From a virus (Duplodnaviria > Caudoviricetes), in IMG/VR virus record IMGVR_UViG_3300029288_000149, positions 1 to 64,000 of that record: a DNA stretch of 64,000 nucleotides; one strand, given 5' to 3'. Shown in pieces: positions 37,315 through 46,893 of this stretch. Position numbers and translations under genes: made by a program. Below the pieces are notes generated by a model, which was not told the DNA's origin, searched no databases, and worked only from the letters and a program-made list of their open reading frames with translations. Numbering within the stretch: position 1 is the stretch's first letter; each line of letters opens with the position of its first letter.

Positions 37315-39011
37315 TATAATAATATACCCCTGACTCTGTTAGAAGTTGATAACAATTTCTTGAACAATTCGTCTACCCTAACGTCGAAGCTGTGTTTAGT
37401 CATGACAAATTCCTGTCCTTCTTTGGCAATCTTCAACCGCTTATCTTCATTCTTCATCCAGTATTTTATAAGGTCTGGAATCTCTTCTATGGAGTCCCAG
37501 GTAACAAGATGCACACCATTCTTCAGACCTGTGTACTTCTCCATACCCTTGAAGCTCTGCTGCAGCATGAATGTACCAGCATACAAACATTGAAGAATTC
37601 TGTTCGACACATAACCCACAGAATCTCTCCACTGGCAATCTCCGAGAGCTATTTTACAATTCATATACAACCTCTGACCTTCATCGAAGTTGTACAAATT
37701 CATGCCTTCAACCCTTATTGACTTCCAATCTCCATAAATTCCAACATTAACACCACGTAAATTCCTTAACATATTCCCAAATACTTTACGCTTCTCCGAG
37801 TACTCATTCCCTAAGAATAATACATCATGTTTTCTAGTAGTAACAGTCGGCAAAGCGTCTGACTCTTCATAACCAATCTGCCAATACATCCAATTCTTGT
37901 ATTTCTTGTGTACGTCAGCACAGACAAATGAGGCAACATCGAATTCGTGCATAAGACGTATATAACTCTCAGAATACAATATGCTGGGATTATAATCACC
38001 ATTCCAATTTACAAATACAGCGTCCTTGTGTTCTTGTCTCAATTCCTTCATCAAGTTTATTGGGAATACATCACTATTGTGTAATTGTAATAAGAATACA
38101 TCAGGCTTGAACATATTCGCAACATCAAATATCAGAAGAGGATTATTCATGTAATCCACTTCTGACACAGCAGACCGTCTTGCAAGAGCGTCCCTTAACC
38201 CTCGCTTTGTAGTCAATTGCATCCTTATTCTGTGCTCATAAATTGGAGCATACAAGATTCGTAATTTACGTTTCAATGGATTCGGTACAAGAGGTTTTGA
38301 CACAATATTTGGACCGTGTCTTCCAACTAACCATTTCTTCATGTAAGCAATAGAATCTGGATGTTGTCCTTTGTTCAGTTCTACAGAACCTGTATTCTTG
38401 ATCCGTAATTCATCCATTGGCATCTTGTCGTGAATACAAGCACAAGGTACAGGTTCAATCTTGTATCCTAATTCATAAATATTACAAGACAGTTCGTTGT
38501 CACCACCATATGTCTTTGTGTAATTACCCCACCATCCAACCTTATCACCAAGCCACTTCGGTACTATGCAAACCTGTCCGTAAGGTACACTAACGTGCAC
38601 ACCATCTCTGGTGGCAGCCAGCAATTCGACATGAAACTCCCTATTACCTCTGTCCTGATAAAAACAGCCTATGCCGACATCCTTGTGATCTTCCATGTAA
38701 GCATATGCTGCTTGAATACTTTCAAATACAAATTCAATGTCATCATTACCGATAACTACATATCTACCTTTAGCTTGTGCAAACCCTGCATTGAACGCTT
38801 TGACAGCACCTAGCAAGGCACCCTGTTGTATGAAAACTATATCAGGTTGTGATTTACACCAAACTGGAGTTCCATCTTTTGATCCACCATCAACAACGAT
38901 TATCTCATAAGGTATACCTCTTCCTATGGATAATCTTGTGGATTCAACCATCTTTTGAAGATAATTTAAGCGATTGTACGTTCCTGTTACAACGCTTATT
39001 TCTATTCTCAT
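37314..39011 (-). CDS. Two-domain glycosyltransferase (GT2 + CgeB-like GT-B)
   Basis: SVVTGTYNR, VVDGGSKDGT, NDDIE and YGGDNE; C-terminal DVLFLGN...SNRILQCLYAGTFMLQ...GVHLVTW. Confidence 0.85.
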   Translation of the reverse strand: MRIEISVVTGTYNRLNYLQKMVESTRLSIGRGIPYEIIVVDGGSKDGTPVWCKSQPDIVFIQQGALLGAVKAFNAGFAQAKGRYVVIGNDDIEFVFESIQAAYAYMEDHKDVGIGCFYQDRGNREFHVELLAATRDGVHVSVPYGQVCIVPKWLGDKVGWWGNYTKTYGGDNELSCNIYELGYKIEPVPCACIHDKMPMDELRIKNTGSVELNKGQHPDSIAYMKKWLVGRHGPNIVSKPLVPNPLKRKLRILYAPIYEHRIRMQLTTKRGLRDALARRSAVSEVDYMNNPLLIFDVANMFKPDVFLLQLHNSDVFPINLMKELRQEHKDAVFVNWNGDYNPSILYSESYIRLMHEFDVASFVCADVHKKYKNWMYWQIGYEESDALPTVTTRKHDVLFLGNEYSEKRKVFGNMLRNLRGVNVGIYGDWKSIRVEGMNLYNFDEGQRLYMNCKIALGDCQWRDSVGYVSNRILQCLYAGTFMLQQSFKGMEKYTGLKNGVHLVTWDSIEEIPDLIKYWMKNEDKRLKIAKEGQEFVMTKHSFDVRVDELFKKLLSTSNRVRGILL

Positions 39012-39108
39012 TTACACAACCTCAGTCCATTAATATAACTTGTCAGCAATAAGAATTACAGGAGTTGTTAGCTCCTGTAATTCGCCTTCAAGGAGAAACA
39101 GTGACTGA

Positions 39109-40485
39109 TTACGATAAGGCAGCAGCCTTGTAAAGCAAACCACCACCAGGCAGATAATCCGGTTGGAATGGATCACCTGAGACCGGACGTCTCATCTTGG
39201 CACAAGCCACATTACTGATACGCACCTGTGCCCACGGAGCAGCCAGATAGAGTTCAGGAGACATACCCATCATCAGGGTAATACACCAGTTGTCTTCCTT
39301 TGCCTTTGACACGAACCGACCAGCAGCATCAGCACGTGCAGAGAATGAAGGTGCGTATTTCTTGACACGATTGGTGTATTCCCGAAGATCAAGATATTCA
39401 CCATACAGAACATCCAAGTTGCCGATTCTGCGAGAGAGAATGTAGATGTCAGTTGAATATCCATACAGGGACTTGTTGATGTCCAAGGAGTCTTCCACGA
39501 TGATTGGGAGCCGACGACCGGATTTGAGATTGATAAATCCGACAGCACTGGCACCATCGTAAAGTGGACCACCGTTGAGTGCGAACCTTGCCTTACGTTG
39601 TTCTGCTCGCAGAGCCTGATCAGTGACATCGTTGCTGTCAGTAACACCACAAGTGGTGTAACAGGCATAAGCGTCCAGAAGGCAGGTTGCCATGAAGCGA
39701 GAGGTCAACAAGATCATGTCAGTTTCGGTGATTGGACCAAGGTCTTGAGCACGATATTCAATTTCTGTGATGACTTCATCAAGATAATTGAAGAAGTTGC
39801 CAAAACCATTATTCTCACCATCAAGGGTGTCGTTTGCCCAATTGACGAGAATACTGTCCAACATCGGTGCTGGTTGACCGTCATCGTCAACGTATCCGGT
39901 TTTGATGATGGTCTCGAGACCATTCATCTCATTGGCAGAGAGGTGAGAATCGTGAATAACACCACGCCGCAGGGACTGTTGCATTGCGGTCATGATGCCG
40001 TTCATCTGCCATTCGATGTCATCAGCGATAACCTTACCGTTGAGACGATAACGAGGACTGGTTTCACAACGATCCTGATTGATGGTATGAGGATCAAGTG
40101 GATCACCAATTCGGTGGTACCATGAAGAGTGCAGGAGCTCATATCCAGCATGACCGTACTCAAAACCAACAGTAGGATCAGCACAGGGAGCACCAGCACC
40201 TGTCGTAGCACCTTGTCCAGAAGTTCCTTCAGGACCAAACCAGGTAATGAAGTCAACACGTCTGCGATAGAATCGATTTGGACGCCAGCCAAGCCAGTTG
40301 ATCAGACCGTGTGATTGAACTTGCAGACCAAACACATCTCCCTGAACACAGGGATCGAAGATCGAATACCGACCATAGATGTTGACAGTTGAAGGATCTC
40401 CGAGATCCTGCTCCTTCAACACCGTACGACCAGAATCGAAGAAAGTTACGAGAGCATTACTGGGTTTAACAATAGGTTGTACCAT
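39109..40485 (-). CDS. Major capsid protein
   Basis: 458 aa directly after the protease/scaffold gene; distinct C-ending codon bias suggests high expression; EMNGLETII segment is typical of capsid proteins. Confidence 0.75.
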   Translation of the reverse strand: MVQPIVKPSNALVTFFDSGRTVLKEQDLGDPSTVNIYGRYSIFDPCVQGDVFGLQVQSHGLINWLGWRPNRFYRRRVDFITWFGPEGTSGQGATTGAGAPCADPTVGFEYGHAGYELLHSSWYHRIGDPLDPHTINQDRCETSPRYRLNGKVIADDIEWQMNGIMTAMQQSLRRGVIHDSHLSANEMNGLETIIKTGYVDDDGQPAPMLDSILVNWANDTLDGENNGFGNFFNYLDEVITEIEYRAQDLGPITETDMILLTSRFMATCLLDAYACYTTCGVTDSNDVTDQALRAEQRKARFALNGGPLYDGASAVGFINLKSGRRLPIIVEDSLDINKSLYGYSTDIYILSRRIGNLDVLYGEYLDLREYTNRVKKYAPSFSARADAAGRFVSKAKEDNWCITLMMGMSPELYLAAPWAQVRISNVACAKMRRPVSGDPFQPDYLPGGGLLYKAAALS

Positions 40486-40526
40486 AGTTTTACCTCCAAT
40501 TACAGAATGTGATACGGCATTATCAC

Positions 40527-42047
40527 TTAATCATGTCTGAGGAACTCAGTCATGCTGCCAGAGACATGACCGTCGGCATCAATGATCTTGCCGCTCAATT
40601 CCTTCTTTTTCTTCACAGGGACGGTAACCTCTTCTTCACCATCCTCTTCTTCATCCTCTACCTGATCTTCAGGTTTGAGGAGTTTAGGAATCTTGGAAGA
40701 TTTGAATCTTGAAATGCGCAGTGTGCTGCCACGAGGAGTTTCAGCAATGAGTTCCTTGAGACGATCTTCGTCCTTCTCAAGCAATCGTTCAATAACGTCT
40801 CGCAATCCTTGCACTTCTTCCTTCAACTCTTCGATGGTTTCGATTTCCTTGGTGACTTCATCACCCTCAGTTTCGAGAGTAGCACCTTCAAGCAATTCCT
40901 TGAGGACAAAACTTGCCTGTTCATTGGCAATTTTTGCAAATTCCTTGAGAACAGTGGGATCAAGGACAAACACCTGCTCTTTGTCTCTGTATTCCTTCTC
41001 ACCAACCTCTTCAGAATCTTCGTCCTCAGAAGGATCATCTTCCGGGTCGTCGATAGGATCATCTTCTTCATCCTCATCAGAATCTTGCTTGAATTCCTTG
41101 AGGACTTCAGCCATAGGGACATTATCGAAGGATTTCAAGGTCTCATCGGTAATGTCTTTTAACCGTTCGTCGATCACGTCTTCTGAAAGTCCAGCCTTCA
41201 GAAGTCTCTTCTTCAAAATTTCCTTTTTCATAACAGCCTCCTGTTTATTTGTATGCACGAATGCAGCAACACCTGTCCACGGTACAGCAGGAACATCAGT
41301 AACCGTAATGTCAAATGTTTTGGTCTTTAAGAATCTCGTATCATCTAGAGACCCTTTAAATCCTGAATTTACTTTCAAACACTTTGGGCATCTGAACCCA
41401 GCAGTCATATGCTTTTCACGAATCAACAGAGATTCTCCACAATGTGGACAACCACCTGAGGCTTCCAGCACTTTGAATCCTCTTGATGTCTTCCACTTCC
41501 CAGTATTGTGTGACAACATCTTCTCACACACTTCTAATGAGAACGGATCATCGTAAGATTCACCCTCTTCGACAGCGAATATCCCGACACGTTTCATGCT
41601 CTTCACTCTGCCAATTCCTAATGGCCTTTTGTGAAATACCCTAAACTCGGGATACTCGCCAGTCTTCAATGCTTGTGCTATTTCGTAGTCTATGGCATCG
41701 ACCGTAAAGGTCTCGCCTTCTCTATCTTTGAGTGCAGCAGTTGATACACTGATAATCTTGTATCTACCATTATCCTGCTTATTAACATACAAATCAGCAG
41801 GTACACTGAGTGAACCGTCTACTTGTAATTTGGAATATTCCTTCTCTTTTGTGTCTCGTCTCTTCCACGAACTTCCATCAATAACAAATGATTTCTTGAA
41901 TTTGGAAATTGCAATTGCCCAACTATACTTCTTGTCAGGAATAGCATCAGCTACTCTAGCAATCCAATTCATCTGCTCGAGTGTAAGACTTACACCATTC
42001 AGTTCCTGGATATTCGCTGGTGCTTCAGAAGTCTTAGACCAAGGCAT
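40527..42047 (-). CDS. Prohead protease-scaffold fusion (ChaB-like N-terminus, zinc-ribbon insert, acidic scaffold tail)
   Basis: DREGETF...FHKRPLGIGRV...FDITVTDVPAVPWT protease-like core; CPHCG/CPKC; Asp/Glu-rich coiled C-terminus. Confidence 0.7.
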   Translation of the reverse strand: MPWSKTSEAPANIQELNGVSLTLEQMNWIARVADAIPDKKYSWAIAISKFKKSFVIDGSSWKRRDTKEKEYSKLQVDGSLSVPADLYVNKQDNGRYKIISVSTAALKDREGETFTVDAIDYEIAQALKTGEYPEFRVFHKRPLGIGRVKSMKRVGIFAVEEGESYDDPFSLEVCEKMLSHNTGKWKTSRGFKVLEASGGCPHCGESLLIREKHMTAGFRCPKCLKVNSGFKGSLDDTRFLKTKTFDITVTDVPAVPWTGVAAFVHTNKQEAVMKKEILKKRLLKAGLSEDVIDERLKDITDETLKSFDNVPMAEVLKEFKQDSDEDEEDDPIDDPEDDPSEDEDSEEVGEKEYRDKEQVFVLDPTVLKEFAKIANEQASFVLKELLEGATLETEGDEVTKEIETIEELKEEVQGLRDVIERLLEKDEDRLKELIAETPRGSTLRISRFKSSKIPKLLKPEDQVEDEEEDGEEEVTVPVKKKKELSGKIIDADGHVSGSMTEFLRHD

Positions 42048-42097
42048 TGTGTGTCTCCTAAGATAATATACCTGTCAATTACACGATAAAATGATTA

Positions 42098-42577
42098 TCA
42101 TGAATTGTAATACACATCAAAATTCTTATCAACCTTAGTAAGATTCTTTGGCACAAGTCTTCCCATATCATCACGCAACATCGCATGAGTAGGTTCAAAG
42201 AATCTTACCTTCTCAGCAACATTCTGACCTTTCCTTATCATAAAATTTCCTCCTGGAATAACACACAGTATGTCGCCAGATTTAGTAGTAACAACATCAT
42301 AAGTATTGTCAAGTACTTGTGCAGCACCGTACCACACACCAGATCTCTGAGTACCTGTCTTAATCCAAACTTTTATTCCCTTTGGAAGTTTATAATTACC
42401 ATTACTAACATTGTACTCATATGTTACTTCAGATCTCTCCAATTGTCTTCCTGCAAACTTAGGTGCTGCAGATGCTTGACCATCTCTTGGAAGGGATCCA
42501 CCGTGATGACCAGGAATACCTCTGTGTCCATGATGCCCTGAACCAGCACCACCTTTAAGTCTGATTGTGAATTTCAT
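42098..42577 (-). CDS. Tag-cargo protein 3 (orphan domain)
   Basis: MKFTIRLKGGAGSGHHGHRGIPGHHGGSLP. Confidence 0.8.
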   Translation of the reverse strand: MKFTIRLKGGAGSGHHGHRGIPGHHGGSLPRDGQASAAPKFAGRQLERSEVTYEYNVSNGNYKLPKGIKVWIKTGTQRSGVWYGAAQVLDNTYDVVTTKSGDILCVIPGGNFMIRKGQNVAEKVRFFEPTHAMLRDDMGRLVPKNLTKVDKNFDVYYNS

Positions 42578-42658
42578 ACCGATTCTCCTTAATTTCTGAA
42601 CATCCTTCTCAGAGATGGGAAGTTGCTTCTCAACACAATGTTCTTTGTTTATAAATAA

Positions 42659-43429
42659 TTAATTAGATTTTTCATCGACAATTTTTATCTGTTTAGGGTC
42701 GAAAACCACCCACTCTGTTTGTCTCCTTCCAGAAGAGTCCTTTACATAGTTAACAATTCCATCATAACCTTGTCTTTTCAAATTTTCTATCTTTGTCATG
42801 GCTGCTCTCTGGCGTGCTTTTGAATCTTCTGAGCTTCCATATCTTAAGTCAAGAGGATTTTTGACAGACAGAATCGCACTATATATCTTTGCTCCCACTC
42901 CAGTCTTTGTGTATGTCTTTTCTAGAAGTGGGTCATACGTTCTTGTTGATACAAAGTAACTGGCAAAATCTTTTGATGGTGTAAAATATATTCCACCCTT
43001 AGCATCATTTGATTCTGTATTACTGCCACTTTTATCCAAGTCAAATTCTGTAAATGGTGAAGTTTGTTTAATAATATCACCACCATTCTTAATTTGATAA
43101 TCTCTGTATGCTCTCCCCCATCCGTCTAAATCTTTATTAATATCATCTATACTTGGAGGATTTATTCTTCCAGTATCTTTGTATATTCTTACTATAGCAT
43201 TGTGCAATTCTTTTGAGTAATTAGTGTTATAAACAAGAGAATTTGGTGTTCCATGATAAACCGTTATAGGATTCCCTTTTGTATCTACTACCTTACTACC
43301 AGAGAACCATTTATCAACAGCACTAGCTGAACTTCCTTCAGGCAAACTCCCACCCTGATGACCAGGACGACCTTTATGACCATAATGTCCAGATCCTAGA
43401 CCACCTTTGAGTCTTAGTGTGAATTTCAT
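42659..43429 (-). CDS. Tag-cargo protein 4: ADP-ribosyltransferase-like (ART-PolyVal type)
   Basis: Tag followed by WFSGSKVVD..GNP..VYHGT, GIYFT, LSVKNPL, GYDGI and EWVVFDPKQIK. Confidence 0.78.
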   Translation of the reverse strand: MKFTLRLKGGLGSGHYGHKGRPGHQGGSLPEGSSASAVDKWFSGSKVVDTKGNPITVYHGTPNSLVYNTNYSKELHNAIVRIYKDTGRINPPSIDDINKDLDGWGRAYRDYQIKNGGDIIKQTSPFTEFDLDKSGSNTESNDAKGGIYFTPSKDFASYFVSTRTYDPLLEKTYTKTGVGAKIYSAILSVKNPLDLRYGSSEDSKARQRAAMTKIENLKRQGYDGIVNYVKDSSGRRQTEWVVFDPKQIKIVDEKSN

Positions 43430-43998
43430 GCCGATTCTCCTTTACTTATCTTACGATATGCACGTTTTACAGATGCTTCAATAATACTTCTGAACGCTCC
43501 AGCCTCTTTACTCTTTGCCCACTTTATAATTGTCTCTGTAAAATTACGAGGATAAATACCAGGATGGTGCACAACTTCAACATTCAGAAATTTAGGATCT
43601 CCAGTAGGTGGAAATCCTTGAATACTAGGATTTGGTAGAGTAATTGGAGTGTGTGGAACTTTGAATGACAAATAATTACTCTTCTTTGGTCGAATCTCAT
43701 AATCCTTACCACCACCTCTAGAACCTGTGCCTTTATCTACCCAACCATAAATTTTACCAATCTTTGTTGTCTTTGCAACTTTGGCTATAACAGACCAACG
43801 TCTCTTAGTAACTTTAATACTTACTGTGAAGATAGGTTTCTCACCCCAATTGTTTACAGTGTCTTCAAATTTACCCTTCACAACTTTGGAAAATTCTGTA
43901 AGACCACTCTCAACTTCCTTCTGCACAAGTTCATGCTGACGTCTTTTGGTACCTGGTCTTACTTTACGCTTGAGAACTAACATTGGTGGCATTGTCAA
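43426..43998 (-). CDS. Putative HK97-gp10-like neck/minor structural protein (no tag)
   Basis: Basic 190-aa protein with VDKGT...IRPK and VHHPG..PRNF segments typical of that family. Confidence 0.55.
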   Translation of the reverse strand: MTMPPMLVLKRKVRPGTKRRQHELVQKEVESGLTEFSKVVKGKFEDTVNNWGEKPIFTVSIKVTKRRWSVIAKVAKTTKIGKIYGWVDKGTGSRGGGKDYEIRPKKSNYLSFKVPHTPITLPNPSIQGFPPTGDPKFLNVEVVHHPGIYPRNFTETIIKWAKSKEAGAFRSIIEASVKRAYRKISKGESA

Positions 43999-44333
43999 TC
44001 CTTGTTGAATGCATCAAATACCCAAGCATCGAAGTACTGACCAAGTTCATCCCAATCACCATCAGAGAGTTTGATGTTCGATCTGTCCAACAAATCTTCA
44101 ACAGCCTTGTAAAACCTCTTCTCTTCAGAAGAATAAATTTCTGGAAATATTGTGTCAAAATAATTCTTGACAGTCTTGCTCAATGCAAAGACATCCTTAC
44201 CGTCCCAAGAAATTGTGTCTGTTGAAGAATTCATACTTTTGCCTGGAAGAGATCCACCCTCTTGTCCTTTACGACCAGCATGACCATGATGACCACTACC
44301 GAGACCACCTTTGAAACGAATCGTAAGTTTCAT
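43995..44333 (-). CDS. Tag-cargo protein 5 (small acidic helical cargo)
   Basis: ATG 44333: MKLTIRFKGGLGSGHHGHAGRKGQEGGSLP. Confidence 0.78.
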   Translation of the reverse strand: MKLTIRFKGGLGSGHHGHAGRKGQEGGSLPGKSMNSSTDTISWDGKDVFALSKTVKNYFDTIFPEIYSSEEKRFYKAVEDLLDRSNIKLSDGDWDELGQYFDAWVFDAFNKD

Positions 44334-44335
44334 GC

Positions 44336-44866
44336 TTATCCTTTCTTCCACACATAATTATACTGATTAGGATGAGTATTATCTTTATGAAATCCAAATT
44401 TCTCATACCATTTGTCAGAATTCTTTGAAGAAGACATAACATATAAGAACACATTCTTACGTTTCAATTCATTCAATAACTTTATACCTTCTCCAGCTTG
44501 TGTGCTGCTAATAGATAAAATTTCTGTACCAAAACCTCTTTGCTTAGTTGTAGCTCCAGCAATCAATTTACCTGCATTATCTCTGATTATGTAATACTTC
44601 GCATTAAGTTCTCCACTAACATCCCAGAAAGGACCACCTGTTCGTACCTTGTAAGTTTTATCCCATTCGGTATTCAATTTCTTCGCATTAGACAGACTGG
44701 AATCAAGAATTTCTATTTTTGGAAGTGTAATTGTGTTATAATTCTTATTATCAAGAGTTATAGATAAACTGTCTGAAGACAAAGAACCACCCTGTTGTCC
44801 AGGTCTACCTTTGTGTCCAAAGTGTCCAGATCCTATTCCACCCTTTAATCTCAACATAAATCTCAC
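44336..44866 (-). CDS. Tag-cargo protein 6: GNAT-like acetyltransferase
   Basis: Tag followed by YYIIRDNAGKLIAG...GEGIKLLNEL...NSDKWYEKFGF (GNAT motif A/B-like). Confidence 0.65.
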   Translation of the reverse strand: MRFMLRLKGGIGSGHFGHKGRPGQQGGSLSSDSLSITLDNKNYNTITLPKIEILDSSLSNAKKLNTEWDKTYKVRTGGPFWDVSGELNAKYYIIRDNAGKLIAGATTKQRGFGTEILSISSTQAGEGIKLLNELKRKNVFLYVMSSSKNSDKWYEKFGFHKDNTHPNQYNYVWKKG

Positions 44867-46893
44867 AACACACCTCTTCCAATGTACTTAGGCACCACAG
44901 TATCTTTAGGTACAACAAACATTTCCACATGACCATTTCTCTCAAGACAATCCTCACAATGTTCTGCAGGTGATAATCTCCACACTGCTTTTACAGTCTT
45001 GTCTCCAGATTTCTTATCAACCTTTATTATCTTCAAATCCCAACGACAACGACAATTCACAAGACAATTTGTCGATCCATCACCAGGAATCCAAGGTAAC
45101 AAACTTTCAATAATAGCACCAGCTTGAATAAGTGCAGCTGTATTGCCTGTGGCACGACCATACATCCTAGCACGTGCTTGTATTGCCTTCAATGATATTG
45201 TGTCAGACTGTTCAGCGATCGTAGTGGCAAAACCATGCAAATATTTGTACTGTTCACGAAGAGGTGTGCCCAAACGTCCCCAATCTGCTGAAGTCATCTG
45301 ATCCCAACCACCCTTTGCGATCGCAGCAGCAGAAGAATGCAATTGTCTCAACTCAGCACGCATTGCTTCTTCCCAAGCACCAATTGTCAAGTCACCAGTA
45401 AATACCTGTTCAGAAAGTTTGTCAGATTTGTCATAGAAAATGTTTACTCGCAAATTCAATAACTTCTGTATGTCCTTGTCAGAGATAGGAAGTTGCTTCT
45501 CCACTCTAAAATATTTCCACCAATCAGGATCAGTCTTGTCAACACCACCACCAACAGGAGTATCATCTGAAACAACAGCAGCATGTATTGTGACAATATC
45601 CTGTTCAAGATCTATCTCTCCAAGTCTTAATTTCATTCTTCTTGTAATAAATTCCTGCTCAGATTTTATAGGAAACAATTCTGGAGTGATTTTCGAACTG
45701 ACAATAATTTTAGACACAGGAATGTTTGCAATGATCTTATATCTATATTTAGAATATTCTTTTGGACCAGATCCTTCTGACATACTAAACACATCATCAA
45801 TCTCAATTACTTGACCCACAACATAAGGATTTACAACACCAGAAAGATTTTGTGTTCTATGAACACCAAGAACAGAATTTATTCCCAGTCTCTTCAAACC
45901 ACTTTGCGTATCATTTATAAAAGCATCCATACTTCCAGAATTAAGAATATTAACTAAATCAGATTTTGAATAATCTACAAGATTTGTATAATTGACAACG
46001 GCATCAGTTAATACAGAAGTATACAAACTGTCTGAAGGTAAACTCCCACCCTGATGACCGGGAATGCCTTTATGACCAAAATGTCCTGAACCTGGACCAC
46101 CCTTTAGGACAACAATGTTCTTAGAAGTAAAAGATTCCTTGAAGACCATAACATTGTTGTCAAATCCATCAAATTCACCAGAATCAACAACATGATCTGC
46201 CATCAATAAATCATCCATTGAAAAGTCTGTCAATATGGCAGTTTGTGAATTCGGTACTGGAGAATTTAGTGACACTCTGTTGAATGTCTCATAAGTTGTC
46301 CAATCAATATTTATAGGATTACCATTTGAACTTCTTGCAGGCAATTTACCGTCATCTACTAAATTCTGCAGTTTACGTAACGCAATTTTGTCTATCTTAT
46401 TGGTTGATATTGCAATTCCTGTAAGCATATTATTAGTATCATAAAATGCTCTAACTCTTATTAACTTCTCGCGCATCTCTTTAGAGAACATAAATGGTAA
46501 TTTACCAAATGCGGCATAAGATGTGTAATTGTCTTCAAATTCCTTTATTGAAGATTCATCAATACCATTAAACAATTCAGGTTTGTTACGAATAGCCTGT
46601 ATAACAGTTATGGTATGTTCTTGTTCAGTACCAGAATCAAGCAATGTTCCATCTGGTAATATGGTATATCCAAATCCTTGCATATCATCAAAGTGATTAA
46701 GTTTTGACACATTACGTTCTTCAAGTTCTTTGAATGAATTAGCAGTCAATATAGGATTATCGTCTGAGTAAGGTTTATAATTACTAACACCTTCTGATAC
46801 TGATCCACCTACCTCACCAGGACGTCCCTTATGACCATAAAATCCTGACCCCACACCACCTTTGAGGACAACGACTGCTCTCATAACCATCAA
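44863..46893 (-). CDS. Tag-cargo protein 7: tag-orphan-tag-ART-like-MuF(gp7)-like minor head protein
   Basis: Two tags; R-S-E ART-like motifs (VHRT, FSMS, EQE); C-terminal NCRC and HCxxC; sits immediately after the portal. Confidence 0.72.
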   Translation of the reverse strand: MMVMRAVVVLKGGVGSGFYGHKGRPGEVGGSVSEGVSNYKPYSDDNPILTANSFKELEERNVSKLNHFDDMQGFGYTILPDGTLLDSGTEQEHTITVIQAIRNKPELFNGIDESSIKEFEDNYTSYAAFGKLPFMFSKEMREKLIRVRAFYDTNNMLTGIAISTNKIDKIALRKLQNLVDDGKLPARSSNGNPINIDWTTYETFNRVSLNSPVPNSQTAILTDFSMDDLLMADHVVDSGEFDGFDNNVMVFKESFTSKNIVVLKGGPGSGHFGHKGIPGHQGGSLPSDSLYTSVLTDAVVNYTNLVDYSKSDLVNILNSGSMDAFINDTQSGLKRLGINSVLGVHRTQNLSGVVNPYVVGQVIEIDDVFSMSEGSGPKEYSKYRYKIIANIPVSKIIVSSKITPELFPIKSEQEFITRRMKLRLGEIDLEQDIVTIHAAVVSDDTPVGGGVDKTDPDWWKYFRVEKQLPISDKDIQKLLNLRVNIFYDKSDKLSEQVFTGDLTIGAWEEAMRAELRQLHSSAAAIAKGGWDQMTSADWGRLGTPLREQYKYLHGFATTIAEQSDTISLKAIQARARMYGRATGNTAALIQAGAIIESLLPWIPGDGSTNCLVNCRCRWDLKIIKVDKKSGDKTVKAVWRLSPAEHCEDCLERNGHVEMFVVPKDTVVPKYIGRGVL

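Noticed and set aside
40675-41556. 293-aa plus-strand Ser-rich ORF, and similar ORFs at 7368, 15517, 36143 and 39598
   Set aside because: Antisense shadows of Glu/Asp-rich or strongly codon-biased minus-strand genes, with no RBS or motifs.
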